This document shows, piece after piece, positions 1 through 8,784 of a DNA stretch of 61,674 bases. Numbering within the stretch: the first letter of the stretch is position 1; every line of letters begins with the position of its first letter. Source of the DNA: an uncultured delta proteobacterium (GTDB lineage: Bacteria > Desulfobacterota > RBG-13-43-22). The stretch is taken from the NCBI GenBank assembly GCA_963843145.1, contig CAWJJC010000004.1, positions 1 to 61,674 on the forward strand, given 5' to 3'. The notes beneath the pieces are model-generated. The model had not been told where the DNA came from. It was given only the letters and a program-made list of their open reading frames with translations, and did not search any database. The translations under genes were made by a program, and so were the position numbers.

Positions 1-175
1 ACGGACGACGGATGACGGATGACGGATGACGGATGACGGAAGACAGATAAAGACCGGACGACGAAAGACCGGATGACGGATGACATAAGACCTGATGACG
101 GACGACTTAAGACCGGATGGCAGACGACGAAAGACCGGATGACGGATGACGGATGACAGATGACGGATAAAAACC
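1..175. repeat. Heptamer repeat tract (GACGGAT/GACAGAT with AAAGACC punctuation), purine-rich on +
   Basis: Directly visible; runs off the window edge. Confidence 0.95.
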
Positions 176-192
176 AACTGTACTTGGCCTTC

Positions 193-429
193 TTATATAT
201 TCGCTCCCGCGAACCAATGATAGTCTTTCTGCAACTCCTTCAAACTGACTAACTTATTCCCGGCTTCTTTATCCCCTTTGGCCCCCTCGCCCCTCCGGTT
301 TACATAGCGGACAAACCATTCATCTTCTTTGTGCTTTAAATACTAAACAAAATCGATGACTTCTTTAATCTTCCCCTCCGGCAGACCGCGGATATCGTCC
401 ATAAGCCTTTGTTTTAAAGAGAACGCCAT
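193..429 (-). pseudogene. DUF2281-like antitoxin with in-frame TAG at 343-345
   Basis: AGGAGG RBS, then MAFSLKQRLMDDIRGLPEGKIKEVIDFV*YLKHKEDE...; resembles the 58998-59237 protein. Confidence 0.6.
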
Positions 430-454
430 GGCTTAATCCTCCTTAAAGAAGTTA

Positions 455-628
455 TTAGGACAGTCTCTTAATTATCCGTTTGGCAAGTTCATCCTCTATC
501 TCAGTATGTCTCGCTATGGGCTGACTTACGCCGGACTGAGGATTTCTATACCAATCGTGATTTCCGCCATGCCGCACAAGCACACAGCCGTTTTCTCTTA
601 TAATTCTGAGCAATTCTTTTCTTTTCAA
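455..628 (-). CDS. hicA: HicA-family toxin (57 aa, not in ORF track)
   Basis: TTG start overlapping the hicB stop; MKRKELLRIIRENGCVLVRHGGNHDWYRNP...RHTEI. Confidence 0.85.
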   Translation of the reverse strand: MKRKELLRIIRENGCVLVRHGGNHDWYRNPQSGVSQPIARHTEIEDELAKRIIKRLS

Positions 629-816
629 ACCGCAACTTCCATTAACTGGAAAGGTTCAGCGTCCGGGACCAAGCCTTTATTAATGTCATTATAGATCTCT
701 ATTAGATTTTCTCTCAATTCGTCCAAGGATTTACCCTGGCTTTCATAATCCGGATATTCTTGGATATGGCCGATGTACCAGCCGCTTTTCTTTTTATAAA
801 AGATGTTGAATTCCAT
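625..816 (-). CDS. hicB: HicB-family antitoxin
   Basis: GWYIGHIQEYPDYESQGKSLDELRENL HicB pattern; GGAGG RBS. Confidence 0.85.
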   Translation of the reverse strand: MEFNIFYKKKSGWYIGHIQEYPDYESQGKSLDELRENLIEIYNDINKGLVPDAEPFQLMEVAV

Positions 817-958
817 GGTTCCCTCCTAAATTATGTCCTTGATCGGTAAATTCTGGGTCGGACCCAATGTCGTTAACTTAACAGGAACAGTCTGTTATTG
901 CTATCTTTAATTGTTTCGTATGGTAATCTTATTAGGGGCCGCTGGTACTTTTGTTACC

Positions 959-1077
959 TTATGTGGCTATATCTTTCAAGTCCACATACTGGTCAAGGAC
1001 TTCTTTTCCGCGATCCGCACAACGCCCAACATTTACCCGACTAATGCCTAACGACCGTCCCACCTCGGATGCATTAT
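959..1077 (-). pseudogene. Orphan 3' end, probably the C-terminal HTH of a REP-associated/IS200-like tyrosine transposase
   Basis: ASEVGRSLGISRVNVGRCADRGKEVL...*; upstream part replaced by repeat tract. Confidence 0.45.
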
Positions 1078-1225
1078 TGACAGACGACAGATGACGAATA
1101 AAGACCAGATGACAGACGACAGATGACAGATTAAAACCAGATGACGGATGACAGAGGACATAAGACCTGATGACGGACGACGAAAGACCAGAGGACAGAT
1201 GACGGAAGACAGATGACAGAAAGAA
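1078..1225. repeat. Heptamer repeat tract
   Basis: GACAGAT/GACGGAT units with AAAGACC. Confidence 0.95.
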
Positions 1226-1229
1226 CAAA

Positions 1230-1271
1230 TCATCTTGAAAAGTGCCGGCGAAAGGAGGAGTGTTTGTTGAT
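1230..1271 (-). pseudogene. Orphan 3' end of a four-helix-bundle gene
   Basis: Translates INKHSSFRRHFSR*, versus INKPSSFCRQFSK* in the intact copies. Confidence 0.8.
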
Positions 1272-1301
1272 CTGCGCATAGCTCATGGCAAATAACGCCA
1301 G

Positions 1302-1418
1302 TTAGGCTGCCCCCGACCCTCTTAGGGCCGCAGGTATTGTCAATATGAGAATCTTGAGATCCAGCCAGAATGACCATTGATCAATATATTGCATGTCCAT
1401 TTTCATCCATTCGGAGAA
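1302..1418 (-). pseudogene. Diverged duplicate of the last 38 codons of the sugar transferase
   Basis: FSEWMKMDMQYIDQWSFWLDLKILILTIPAALRGSGAA*, versus FSEWMKLDMQYIDEWSFWLDVKILILTIPAALKGSGAV*. Confidence 0.9.
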
Positions 1419-1455
1419 AGACCAGATGACGGATGACAGACGACGGAGGACGGAA
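1417..1455. repeat. Short heptamer tract starting with AAAGACC
   Basis: aaagaccagatgacggatgacagacgacggaggacgga. Confidence 0.9.
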
Positions 1456-1499
1456 AAAGAACGGGGGACTCTGTGTAAAAAAAATAAGAAATCATGAGG

Positions 1500-2937
1500 T
1501 TAGACGGCTCCCGACCCTTTTAGGGCCGCGGGGATTGTTAATATTAGAATTTTCACGTCTAACCAGAACGACCATTCGTCGATATACTGCATATCAAGCT
1601 TCATCCATTCGGAGAAGGAGACGTTGCTGCGGCCATTGACTTGCCAGAGGCAGGTCATGCCGGGTTTAACGCTGAAGCGGCGGCGGTGCCAGTCGCGGTC
1701 GAAGCCGTTGTAGTCCCGGATGGGGAGGGGGCGCGGGCCGACGAGGCTCATCTCCCCCTTTAAGCACGTTGATCAACTGGGGAAGCTCATCGATGCTGGT
1801 CTTCCGCAGGAATTTGCCGATGCCGGTGATCCGGGGATCGTTTTTGATCTTGAAGGCCGGGCCGTCCACCTCGTTCAGCCCCTCCAGGGCCGCTATTTTC
1901 GCCTCCGCGTCAGCCACCATGGTCCGGAACTTATACAGCCGGAAGACCCGCTTGTGGAGCCCGACCCGGTCCTGGATGAAAAAGACGGGTCCCGGGGAGG
2001 TGATTTTAATCAGGAGGGCCACGACCAAAAAAGGTAGGGATAAGAGAACCAGCAGGATCAGCGAAGCGATGAAATCCATCCCGTACTTGACCAGCAGGGG
2101 GAGCCCTTCCATCCGCCCGGTGGAAACGGTGATAAAGCCCCCTTCGTCGAACTCCTCCGGTTTGATCCGGCCCAGCTTCAAGTTAAAGATGTCCGACAGA
2201 AAGCGGACCATGATGCCCTGCTTCTCGCAGTCAGAGACGATCTGGGAAATCTGCTGGTAATAGGACTTGATGGGCAGGCAGATCGCCACTTCGTCGATGA
2301 CCGCGGTCCGGAGCAGGGCCGGCAGGCTGTTGAAGTCGGCCACCAGGCGGTGGCCCGATTTTTCGAAACCTTTCATACCCTGGTCTTCATCCACAAAGCC
2401 CATGACCAGGTAACCGAACTCCGGTTTCCTCAAGATCCGGTCCACCATCCGCAGGGCCCGGCTGTTGGTGCCGACGATGAGGATGTTCCGCAGGTTCCGT
2501 CCCCGGGTCCGAATCTTTTCCAGGACCTTTTTCAGTACCAGGCGGGAGGCCGTCGTCCCGGCGGTAACGGTGCCCCAGAAAACAACCAGGAATAGCCCGT
2601 TGATCAGCCGGATATTGAAAACCAGAGCCACCACCCAGAGCAGGGAAGTCCCCATGGTGACGGCCTTGAGGATCTGCAGCATATCTTCCGGGAGGGAGGT
2701 CAGCCGCCGGGAATGGTAGAGCTTGAAAAATACAAAAAGGCCATGCCAGGCCAACAGGAAGACCAGGAAGATCATTAGGTTGGAGACCTTGATCCGCATG
2801 GACAGCACCTGTCCGAAAGTGACCCCCTTCATTTCGTGGGAGGTGACCCAGGTGGCGAAAAGGAAATAGCCGACCAGGGCGGCCAGGTCGAATAGCTTGA
2901 GGGCATCGAGGAGGATTTTACGGCGGAAAGGGACCAT
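1500..2937 (-). CDS. Polyprenyl glycosylphosphotransferase (WcaJ/GumD/WbaP family), apparent +1 frameshift in C5 run at 1754-1758
   Basis: N-terminal TM helices, FRLYKFRTM, DPRIT, SIDELPQL; MSLVGPRP and KPGMT continue in the next frame. True start MVPFRR; the upstream ORF extension is translated repeat. Confidence 0.9.
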
Positions 2938-2945
2938 GGTTATAG

Positions 2946-3350
2946 CAGATGACGGAGGACAGAGAAAGACCGGATGACGGACGACCGGAGGACAGAGGAC
3001 GGAGAAAGACTGGATGACAGATGACGGAGGACAGGAGGACGGAGAAAGACAGCTGGATGACAGATGACGGAGGACGGAGGACGGAGAAAGACTGGATGAC
3101 AGATGACGGAGGACGGAGGACGGAGAAAGACTGGATGACAGATGACGGAGGACGGAGGACGGAGAAAGACTGGATGACAGATGACGGAGGACGGAGGACG
3201 GAGAAAGACTGGATGACAGATGACGGAGGACGGAGGACGGAGAAAGACTGGATGACAGATGACGGAGGACGGAGAACGGCAAAGACCAAAGAACAGAAGG
3301 CAGAGAAAGACCGGAGGACGGAGGACAGATGACGGATGACAGATAACAGA
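2946..3350. repeat. Heptamer tract containing about 7 tandem copies of a 39-bp unit GGAGAAAGACTGGATGACAGATGACGGAGGACGGAGGAC (3001-3277)
   Basis: Directly visible; no unique spacers; the same unit occurs once near 6402. Confidence 0.95.
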
Positions 3351-3353
3351 ATA

Positions 3354-3416
3354 TCATTTTGAAAAGTTCCGGCAGAAGGAGGAGGGTTTGTCGATCATAG
3401 TGCCGAGCATGCGGCC
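3354..3416 (-). pseudogene. Orphan 3' end of a four-helix-bundle gene
   Basis: GRMLGTMIDKPSSFCRNFSK*; downstream flank AGATAACAGAATA(TCA) matches that of the 6466 copy. Confidence 0.9.
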
Positions 3417-3460
3417 AAAGACCGGATGACAGATGACGGACGACAGATGGCAGAAAAGAC
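3417..3460. repeat. Heptamer tract, inverted complement of about 3886-3930
   Basis: Its reverse complement gtcttttctgccatctgtcgtccgtcatctgtcatccggtcttt closely matches gtctttttctgccatctgtcatctgttatccgtcatccggccttt. Confidence 0.9.
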
Positions 3461-3463
3461 GGG

Positions 3464-3853
3464 TCATTTTGAGAATTGGCGACAGAAGGAGGAGGGTTTG
3501 TTAATCATGGTGCCGAGCATGCGGCCGATTTCTCGGCATTTTTCGAGGAGGCCGGCGTGAATCTCCGGTTTGATGTATTTGCAGTTCAAGGCGGTATCCA
3601 GCCAGTGCTGGGTTTCAGCCTGTTCGGCGTCCGAATCGCTCAGCTTGCTGACAAAATGAGCTTCATACCGTCTTTTCTGCCAGGCCTCTGCCAAATTTGC
3701 CCCGATGGCCCGGGTTGACCGCCTGATCTGATCCGTTAGAGAGAACATTTCTTCTTTTGGAAAGGCCTTGGAAATTTCAAAAATTTCCTGTTGCAGCTCA
3801 AAGGCTGCCTGATAGACCCGTAAATCCCTATAGCTCTTAATCTGCTCCGTCAT
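3464..3853 (-). CDS. Four-helix-bundle protein (23S rRNA-IVP / bAvd-like family)
   Basis: SYRDLRVYQ, FPKEEMFSLTDQIRRS, NLAEAW, ETQHWL family motifs. Confidence 0.92.
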   Translation of the reverse strand: MTEQIKSYRDLRVYQAAFELQQEIFEISKAFPKEEMFSLTDQIRRSTRAIGANLAEAWQKRRYEAHFVSKLSDSDAEQAETQHWLDTALNCKYIKPEIHAGLLEKCREIGRMLGTMINKPSSFCRQFSK

Positions 3854-3961
3854 CTGTTATCTGTCATCTGGTCTTTCGTCTTCTGGTCTTTTTCTGCCAT
3901 CTGTCATCTGTTATCCGTCATCCGGCCTTTATCCGTCCTCCGGTCTTTCGTCATCCGTCAT
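3850..3961. repeat. Heptamer tract, pyrimidine-rich on + (inverted relative to the tracts 3' of the gene)
   Basis: catctgtcatctggtctttcgtc...; supplies the ATG ACG GAG start of the gene. Confidence 0.95.
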
Positions 3962-4819
3962 CTAAAGTCTTTTATAAATAATCTTTGGAATATAAAACTT
4001 CCTCTTATTGAAGACCACCCCCAGGATATTCCCCCCGTTCTTCTGGATCTGCTCTTTGGCCCTTTCGGCTACCGGACCCCGGGTGCGCTCGGCTTCCAGG
4101 ACCAGGACGACGCCTTCCGCCCGGCGGCAGAAGGCCAGGCCGGCCGCGGAGGTCGATAGGGGCGGGGAATCGATCACCACCAGGTCGAATTGCTCTTTCA
4201 GGCGCTCCCAGACCGAAGCCCGGTCTTCGGATTCCAGGAAGTGGATCAGGGATCCCTCCTCCCGGGCCACCAGGCCGACGGCCAAGCCGGTTTCCTTAGA
4301 CTGGGCAAAGGCCTTATCGACCTCCTCCCCCCGGAGGACCGTTTCTTCCAGGCTGACCATCCGGCCTCCGCCGGAAAAAGGCTGAAAGGAGTCGGCCGGG
4401 TCTCCCTCCAGGAAAAGCACCTTTTTCCCCAGCCGGGAGGCCGAGAACCGGGCGAAGTCCCGGGCTATGGTGGAAGTGCCCTCCCCCGGGTGAGAACCGA
4501 TAAACTGGATGATCTTTTTCCGGGACTGGCCCACGAGAGCCTCGATATTCTGGTACAGCGTGGCCATCTCTTTCTCCGCCTCGAGTTCCAGGGTCAGGGG
4601 AAGGAACGTTTCCTCCGGGAAGGCTGCCGGGACCGGTGCCGCTTCCGGGGGGGCCGGGGCCGGGACCGGCTTGAACATTGATAGGATTTGGGGGTCTTCG
4701 CGCTTCGGGATCGACGCCGCTCCCGGGGGGGCAGGGACCGCCTCCCGTACTCCGACCACGACCTCGAGGTTATTCCGGGTTTTTTTGGCTTCCTGAAGGG
4801 CCTGATAAATTTTACCCAT
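3962..4819 (-). CDS. CpsD/CapB-type BY-kinase-like protein (Wzc C-terminal domain), degenerate Walker A
   Basis: GSHPGEGTST, VVIDSPP, ILGVVFN; EPS operon context. Confidence 0.85.
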   Translation of the reverse strand: MGKIYQALQEAKKTRNNLEVVVGVREAVPAPPGAASIPKREDPQILSMFKPVPAPAPPEAAPVPAAFPEETFLPLTLELEAEKEMATLYQNIEALVGQSRKKIIQFIGSHPGEGTSTIARDFARFSASRLGKKVLFLEGDPADSFQPFSGGGRMVSLEETVLRGEEVDKAFAQSKETGLAVGLVAREEGSLIHFLESEDRASVWERLKEQFDLVVIDSPPLSTSAAGLAFCRRAEGVVLVLEAERTRGPVAERAKEQIQKNGGNILGVVFNKRKFYIPKIIYKRL

Positions 4820-4913
4820 AAAATCTCCTAAATTAGCTCATTGCTCTTAGTAAATACTAATATCACCGCTCGCTTCGCTCAAGGCGCAAAGATCGCAAAG
4901 ATTTATTTATGTT

Positions 4914-6368
4914 TCATCCTTCTCCCTTTTTCGCCATCTTCTTCCATTCCGGGAAGACTATCTTCTGCCCGACTATGATCTTCAGGTCTTCCTTGATCCG
5001 CGGGTTGCGCTTCCGGACCAGGCCCCACAATTCCGGGTTGCTGGCGCCGTAGACTTCCAGGATCATGCGGTAGAGGTTCTCTCCTTTCCGGACCTTCCGG
5101 GTGAAGGGGAACCCGGGTGCAGGCTGCTCTTCGGCGGCGGCCGGCTGTTGTTCCGGGGACGGGGCGACCTCCACCTTTCGTTTAGAGGGAATGACCGGGT
5201 TTTCTTTTTCGGGCGTCGGTTTTTTTTCGGTGGCCACCGGTTCTTTTCCCTGGTTGCCCGGGGTCGGGGTTTCCAGTCCGCGGGAGGCCTCGGTTTTCCC
5301 AAGGGCCAGCCCTTTCGGGACCGCGAGGTTCATGACTTCCCCCTCTCTGACCGACTGAATCCCGATGGCCGGCAGGGGATCCTCCTGGAGCGGAACCTTC
5401 ACGGCGGCGGCCTGATCCGCCCGGTCCTTCTCCCGCAGGATAATGGAGACCTTGGGGCCCGAGTCTGACTGCTGATAATAGATGGACACCCCCAATACCA
5501 CCAGGCCGACCAGCAGGGCGGCCTGGGAAGCCGGGACCCAGCGGCGGAAAAACGATTTCTTGCGACCCTCCAGGTCGGCCGAAACCTCATTGACCACCTT
5601 GACGGAAATGGGTTTCCGGAGATAGCCGAACCCGGTCACCAGGGCATTGTCGGCCAGGATGTTGAGGGCTCGGGGAATCCCCCTGGCCCGGCGGACGATC
5701 ATTTCCAGTGCCCGGGGGGTAAAAATGTCTTCCGCTCGCCCACCGGCCTTTTCCAGCCGGAACCGGAGGTATTCCCGGCTTTCCTTCCGGGTCAACGGGG
5801 ACAGGACGGCCTGGACGGCGATCCGCTGCTTGAGCTGGCGCAGCTCATAGCGGTCGAGCTTGGCGGTCAGTTCGGGCTGGCCCACCAGCACGATCTGGAG
5901 CAGCTTATCGGTGGGGGTCTCCAGGTTGGAGATCTGCCTGAGCCCCTCCAGGGTCTCCACCGGCAGGCCCTGGGCCTCGTCGATCAGGAGGACGACCGTG
6001 TTCCCCTGGGCGTATTCCCGGATCAGGGCCTGGTAAATACGATCCAGGAGCGCTTCGGGTTCCTCGTAGGCCGCCTCCAAGTCCAGCTCCCGGGCCAAGG
6101 CCCGGAGCAGTCCGGCGTAGGAAAAGCGGCTATTGAAGAGATAGATGACCTTTTCTTTGACCCCAAGCCGCTCCTGCAAGAAGGCCTGCAGCAGAGTCGT
6201 CTTCCCCAGGCCCACCTCGCCCACCAGGGCCATGAACCCCTTGCCCTGCTCCACCGCGTAGATGATGGTTGCCAGAGCCTCCCGGTGGCTGGGGCTCAGG
6301 TACAGGAATTCCGGGTCGGGTGTGATCCGGAAGGGCTCGGTCTTGAGATTATAAAACTCAAGGTACAT
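4914..6368 (-). CDS. ExeA/GspA-family AAA ATPase with TM helix and C-terminal LysM-like domain
   Basis: PFRITPDPEFLY, GEVGLGKT, LLIDEAQ, GIPRALN. Confidence 0.88.
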   Translation of the reverse strand: MYLEFYNLKTEPFRITPDPEFLYLSPSHREALATIIYAVEQGKGFMALVGEVGLGKTTLLQAFLQERLGVKEKVIYLFNSRFSYAGLLRALARELDLEAAYEEPEALLDRIYQALIREYAQGNTVVLLIDEAQGLPVETLEGLRQISNLETPTDKLLQIVLVGQPELTAKLDRYELRQLKQRIAVQAVLSPLTRKESREYLRFRLEKAGGRAEDIFTPRALEMIVRRARGIPRALNILADNALVTGFGYLRKPISVKVVNEVSADLEGRKKSFFRRWVPASQAALLVGLVVLGVSIYYQQSDSGPKVSIILREKDRADQAAAVKVPLQEDPLPAIGIQSVREGEVMNLAVPKGLALGKTEASRGLETPTPGNQGKEPVATEKKPTPEKENPVIPSKRKVEVAPSPEQQPAAAEEQPAPGFPFTRKVRKGENLYRMILEVYGASNPELWGLVRKRNPRIKEDLKIIVGQKIVFPEWKKMAKKGEG

Positions 6369-6380
6369 GGGTTAGCTCAT

Positions 6381-6462
6381 AGAGACCAGAGGACGGAGGA
6401 CGGAGAAAGACTGGATGACAGATGACGGAGGACAGAGACGGAGACAGATAACAGATAACAGA
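6381..6462. repeat. Heptamer tract 3' of four-helix-bundle copy 2
   Basis: Purine-rich on +. Confidence 0.95.
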
Positions 6463-6465
6463 ATA

Positions 6466-6855
6466 TCATTTTGAGAATTGGCGACAAAAAGATGAGGGTT
6501 TGTTGATCATGGTGCCGAGCATTCGGCCGATCTCTTGGCATCTTTCAAGAAGGCCGGCATGAACTTCCGGCTTGATATACTTACAATTCAGGGCCGTGTC
6601 CAGCCAGTGTTGGGTTTCGGCCTGTTCAGCGTCCGAATCGCTCAGTTTGCTGACAAAATGCGCTTCATAACGTCTTTTTTGCCAGGCCTCTGCCAAATTT
6701 GCCCCGAGGGCCCTCGATGAACGCCGGATCTGATCCGTCAAAGAGAACATTTCTTCTTTTGGAAAGGACTTGGAAACTTCGAAAATTTCCTGCTGCAAGT
6801 CAAAGGCTGCCTGATAAACCCTCAAATCCCTATAGCTTTTGATCTGTTCCGTCAT
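6466..6855 (-). CDS. Four-helix-bundle protein, paralog of 3464-3853
   Basis: 8 differences in 129 aa; many synonymous DNA changes. Confidence 0.92.
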   Translation of the reverse strand: MTEQIKSYRDLRVYQAAFDLQQEIFEVSKSFPKEEMFSLTDQIRRSSRALGANLAEAWQKRRYEAHFVSKLSDSDAEQAETQHWLDTALNCKYIKPEVHAGLLERCQEIGRMLGTMINKPSSFCRQFSK

Positions 6856-7058
6856 CTGTCATCTGTCTTCTGTCATCTGGTCTTTCGTCATCTGGTCTTT
6901 TGTCATCTGGTCTTTCGTCATCTGGTCTTCTGTCATCTGGTCTGTTCGTCATCTGGTCTTCTGTCATCTGGTCTTTCGTCATCTGGTCTTTCGTCATCCG
7001 GTCTTTCGTTCCGTCATCTGCCATCTGTCATCTGTCGTCTGGTCTTTACCGTCATCCG
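6850..7058. repeat. Heptamer tract with about 8-9 copies of a 15-bp unit TCTTTCGTCATCTGG
   Basis: Pyrimidine-rich on +; overlaps the gene start. Confidence 0.95.
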
Positions 7059-7071
7059 AGTTTTAACCTCG

Positions 7072-8538
7072 TCACTCTTTAAGCGGTATGGTTACCAGAA
7101 CCGGCAGCCCCAAGCGCTGCTCCACGCTGTCCGGGGTGGTGAAGCGCTGACTGGTGTATTCGGACAAGAAGGCGAAACCCAGGCCGGAGACGGCGCCCAG
7201 GATGATGCTCAGCAGGATGTTCAAGGCCTTTTTAGGCTTGATGGGCTTGGAGGGGACCACGGCGGCCTGGATGACGCTGATGTTGGCCAGCTTCTGACGG
7301 TTCATCTCGTCGGAGATCCGGGCCTCCTCCTTCTTTTCCAGGTAGGTCCGGTAATTCTTGTCGTTGGTGCTGACCTCCCGCTTCAGTCCCTGGAGGTCCT
7401 TTTCCTGGAGGTCCAGGGTCTTGATCTCACCGTCCAACTGGGCGATCTGCGTCTGCAGGGTGGCGGCCTTGGCCCGCATGGAGGCCTCCTCGGCCTCGGC
7501 CGTTACGGCCTCCTTTTCCGCCCCCTGGTAGACCGGGTTGGCAGTTTTCACCTTGCCGCCGATGGCCTCCTCCTGCTCCTTGAGGAAATCCTTGACGATC
7601 TGGATCTCCTTACGGACATTGACCAGGAGCCGGTTGTTGTCCGGATACTTGGAGGAGAGGTCCTGCTCGCTCAACTGCAGGGTGAGGAGCTTGGCCCGGG
7701 CCTCGACGATGATCTTGTCCCGCTCGGTCAGGGTGTAGAGGTGCGGGTCGGACAGGATGCCTTTCATCTGGCCCCTCAGGGAGCCGAGCTTCTTGCTTAG
7801 TTCATCGATCCGGTTCCGAGTGCTTTTGAGCGAGGTGTCCAGATCGGTCCGCTGTTTCAGGAGCAGGCTCCGCTGCTCGTCCAGGGAATAGACCCGGTTC
7901 TTCTGCCGGAAGGCCTCCAGGCGGTTTTCCGAGTTCTTCAGCTCCTTATCGTACAGGTCGGTCTGATTCTCCATAAAATTCGATTCCGTCCCGCTGTGGA
8001 CCGCCAGGTGCTTCTCCTTGAAGAAGTCCACCAGCAGGTTGACCGCCCGGGCGGCCACCTGGGGATCTTTGTGCTGAAAAGAGACCTCGATGACGCTGGA
8101 CTTCTTGACCCCCTCGACCGTCAGCTTCTTCTGAAAGATGCTCACCGCGGCTTCCAGGGGCGTCATCCGGGAAGGGGGATTGGCCACCAGGTCAGGGTAG
8201 ATGTTTTCCAGTTTCATGGTCTTGATCACCCGCTCGACGAGGTCCCGGCTGGTGAGGATGTTGATCTCCGAGTTGATGGCCTCTTCCTGGTTGAAGGCGA
8301 TCATGGGGGTCTTGTCCCCCACCTCGGGCCGGTACATGAACTCCCGCCCGAATTTGATCAGCAGGCTGGACTCGGCTTCGTAGGTGGGCGCCATCAGGAA
8401 GGAGCCCACGGTCACCGTGACGACCGTGGCCAGGAAGATGGTCAGGATGGCGACCTTCCGCTTGAAGAGGATAGCCAGGAAATCGCGCAGGCTACCGCCC
8501 GACGACTCCGGATTACTTTGGTAAGTCGTTGTTTCCAT
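7072..8538 (-). CDS. Polysaccharide co-polymerase (GumC/Wzc N-terminal)
   Basis: Two TM segments, coiled coil, PTYEAESSLL, PSKPIKP, LGLPVL. Confidence 0.9.
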   Translation of the reverse strand: METTTYQSNPESSGGSLRDFLAILFKRKVAILTIFLATVVTVTVGSFLMAPTYEAESSLLIKFGREFMYRPEVGDKTPMIAFNQEEAINSEINILTSRDLVERVIKTMKLENIYPDLVANPPSRMTPLEAAVSIFQKKLTVEGVKKSSVIEVSFQHKDPQVAARAVNLLVDFFKEKHLAVHSGTESNFMENQTDLYDKELKNSENRLEAFRQKNRVYSLDEQRSLLLKQRTDLDTSLKSTRNRIDELSKKLGSLRGQMKGILSDPHLYTLTERDKIIVEARAKLLTLQLSEQDLSSKYPDNNRLLVNVRKEIQIVKDFLKEQEEAIGGKVKTANPVYQGAEKEAVTAEAEEASMRAKAATLQTQIAQLDGEIKTLDLQEKDLQGLKREVSTNDKNYRTYLEKKEEARISDEMNRQKLANISVIQAAVVPSKPIKPKKALNILLSIILGAVSGLGFAFLSEYTSQRFTTPDSVEQRLGLPVLVTIPLKE

Positions 8539-8784
8539 TGGTGCTCCTTAAACTGCAAATACAGGGTTCAAGGGTCTTCGGCGGGCTCAGCCGAGTCGTT
8601 CGAGGGGTCGAGGATTCAAGTGAAAGACCTCAATAGGTATGACTGTCAAGGGGTGGCTAACTTTCTCCTTATAAACCCTCGACCCCTTCTTTTTCGCCAT
8701 GAGCTAAATCCCCGCGGCCCTGAAAGGCCCAGGTGCTGTCTAACTTCATGATTTGTTCCATTTTTTACAATGAGTCACCGGATC

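Noticed and set aside
343-345. TAG as pyrrolysine
   Set aside because: The position looks like an ordinary GAG-to-TAG change in a dispensable gene; no pyl evidence in the window
1302-1617. Gene/relic pairs plus Avd-like proteins as a DGR (TR/VR)
   Set aside because: Mismatches are mostly third-position and include C/T changes, so they are not adenine-specific; no reverse transcriptase in the window
1754-1758. Frameshifts in the sugar transferase, hisS (about 44905), enoyl-CoA hydratase (54075-54082) and TPR gene (about 60622) as programmed or phase-variable events
   Set aside because: Single-base indels, mostly in G/C runs and including essential hisS, point to sequencing error. Phase variation of the transferase cannot be excluded without reads
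3001-3277. 39-bp repeats as a CRISPR array
   Set aside because: Units are head-to-tail with no unique spacers; no cas genes
2918-3357. ORFs with SSVLRHL/RPPSSV/MTDDGGRR repeats (also 6830-7082, 8733-8988, 9736-10179)
   Set aside because: Translations of stop-poor repeat DNA, open in several frames, without RBS
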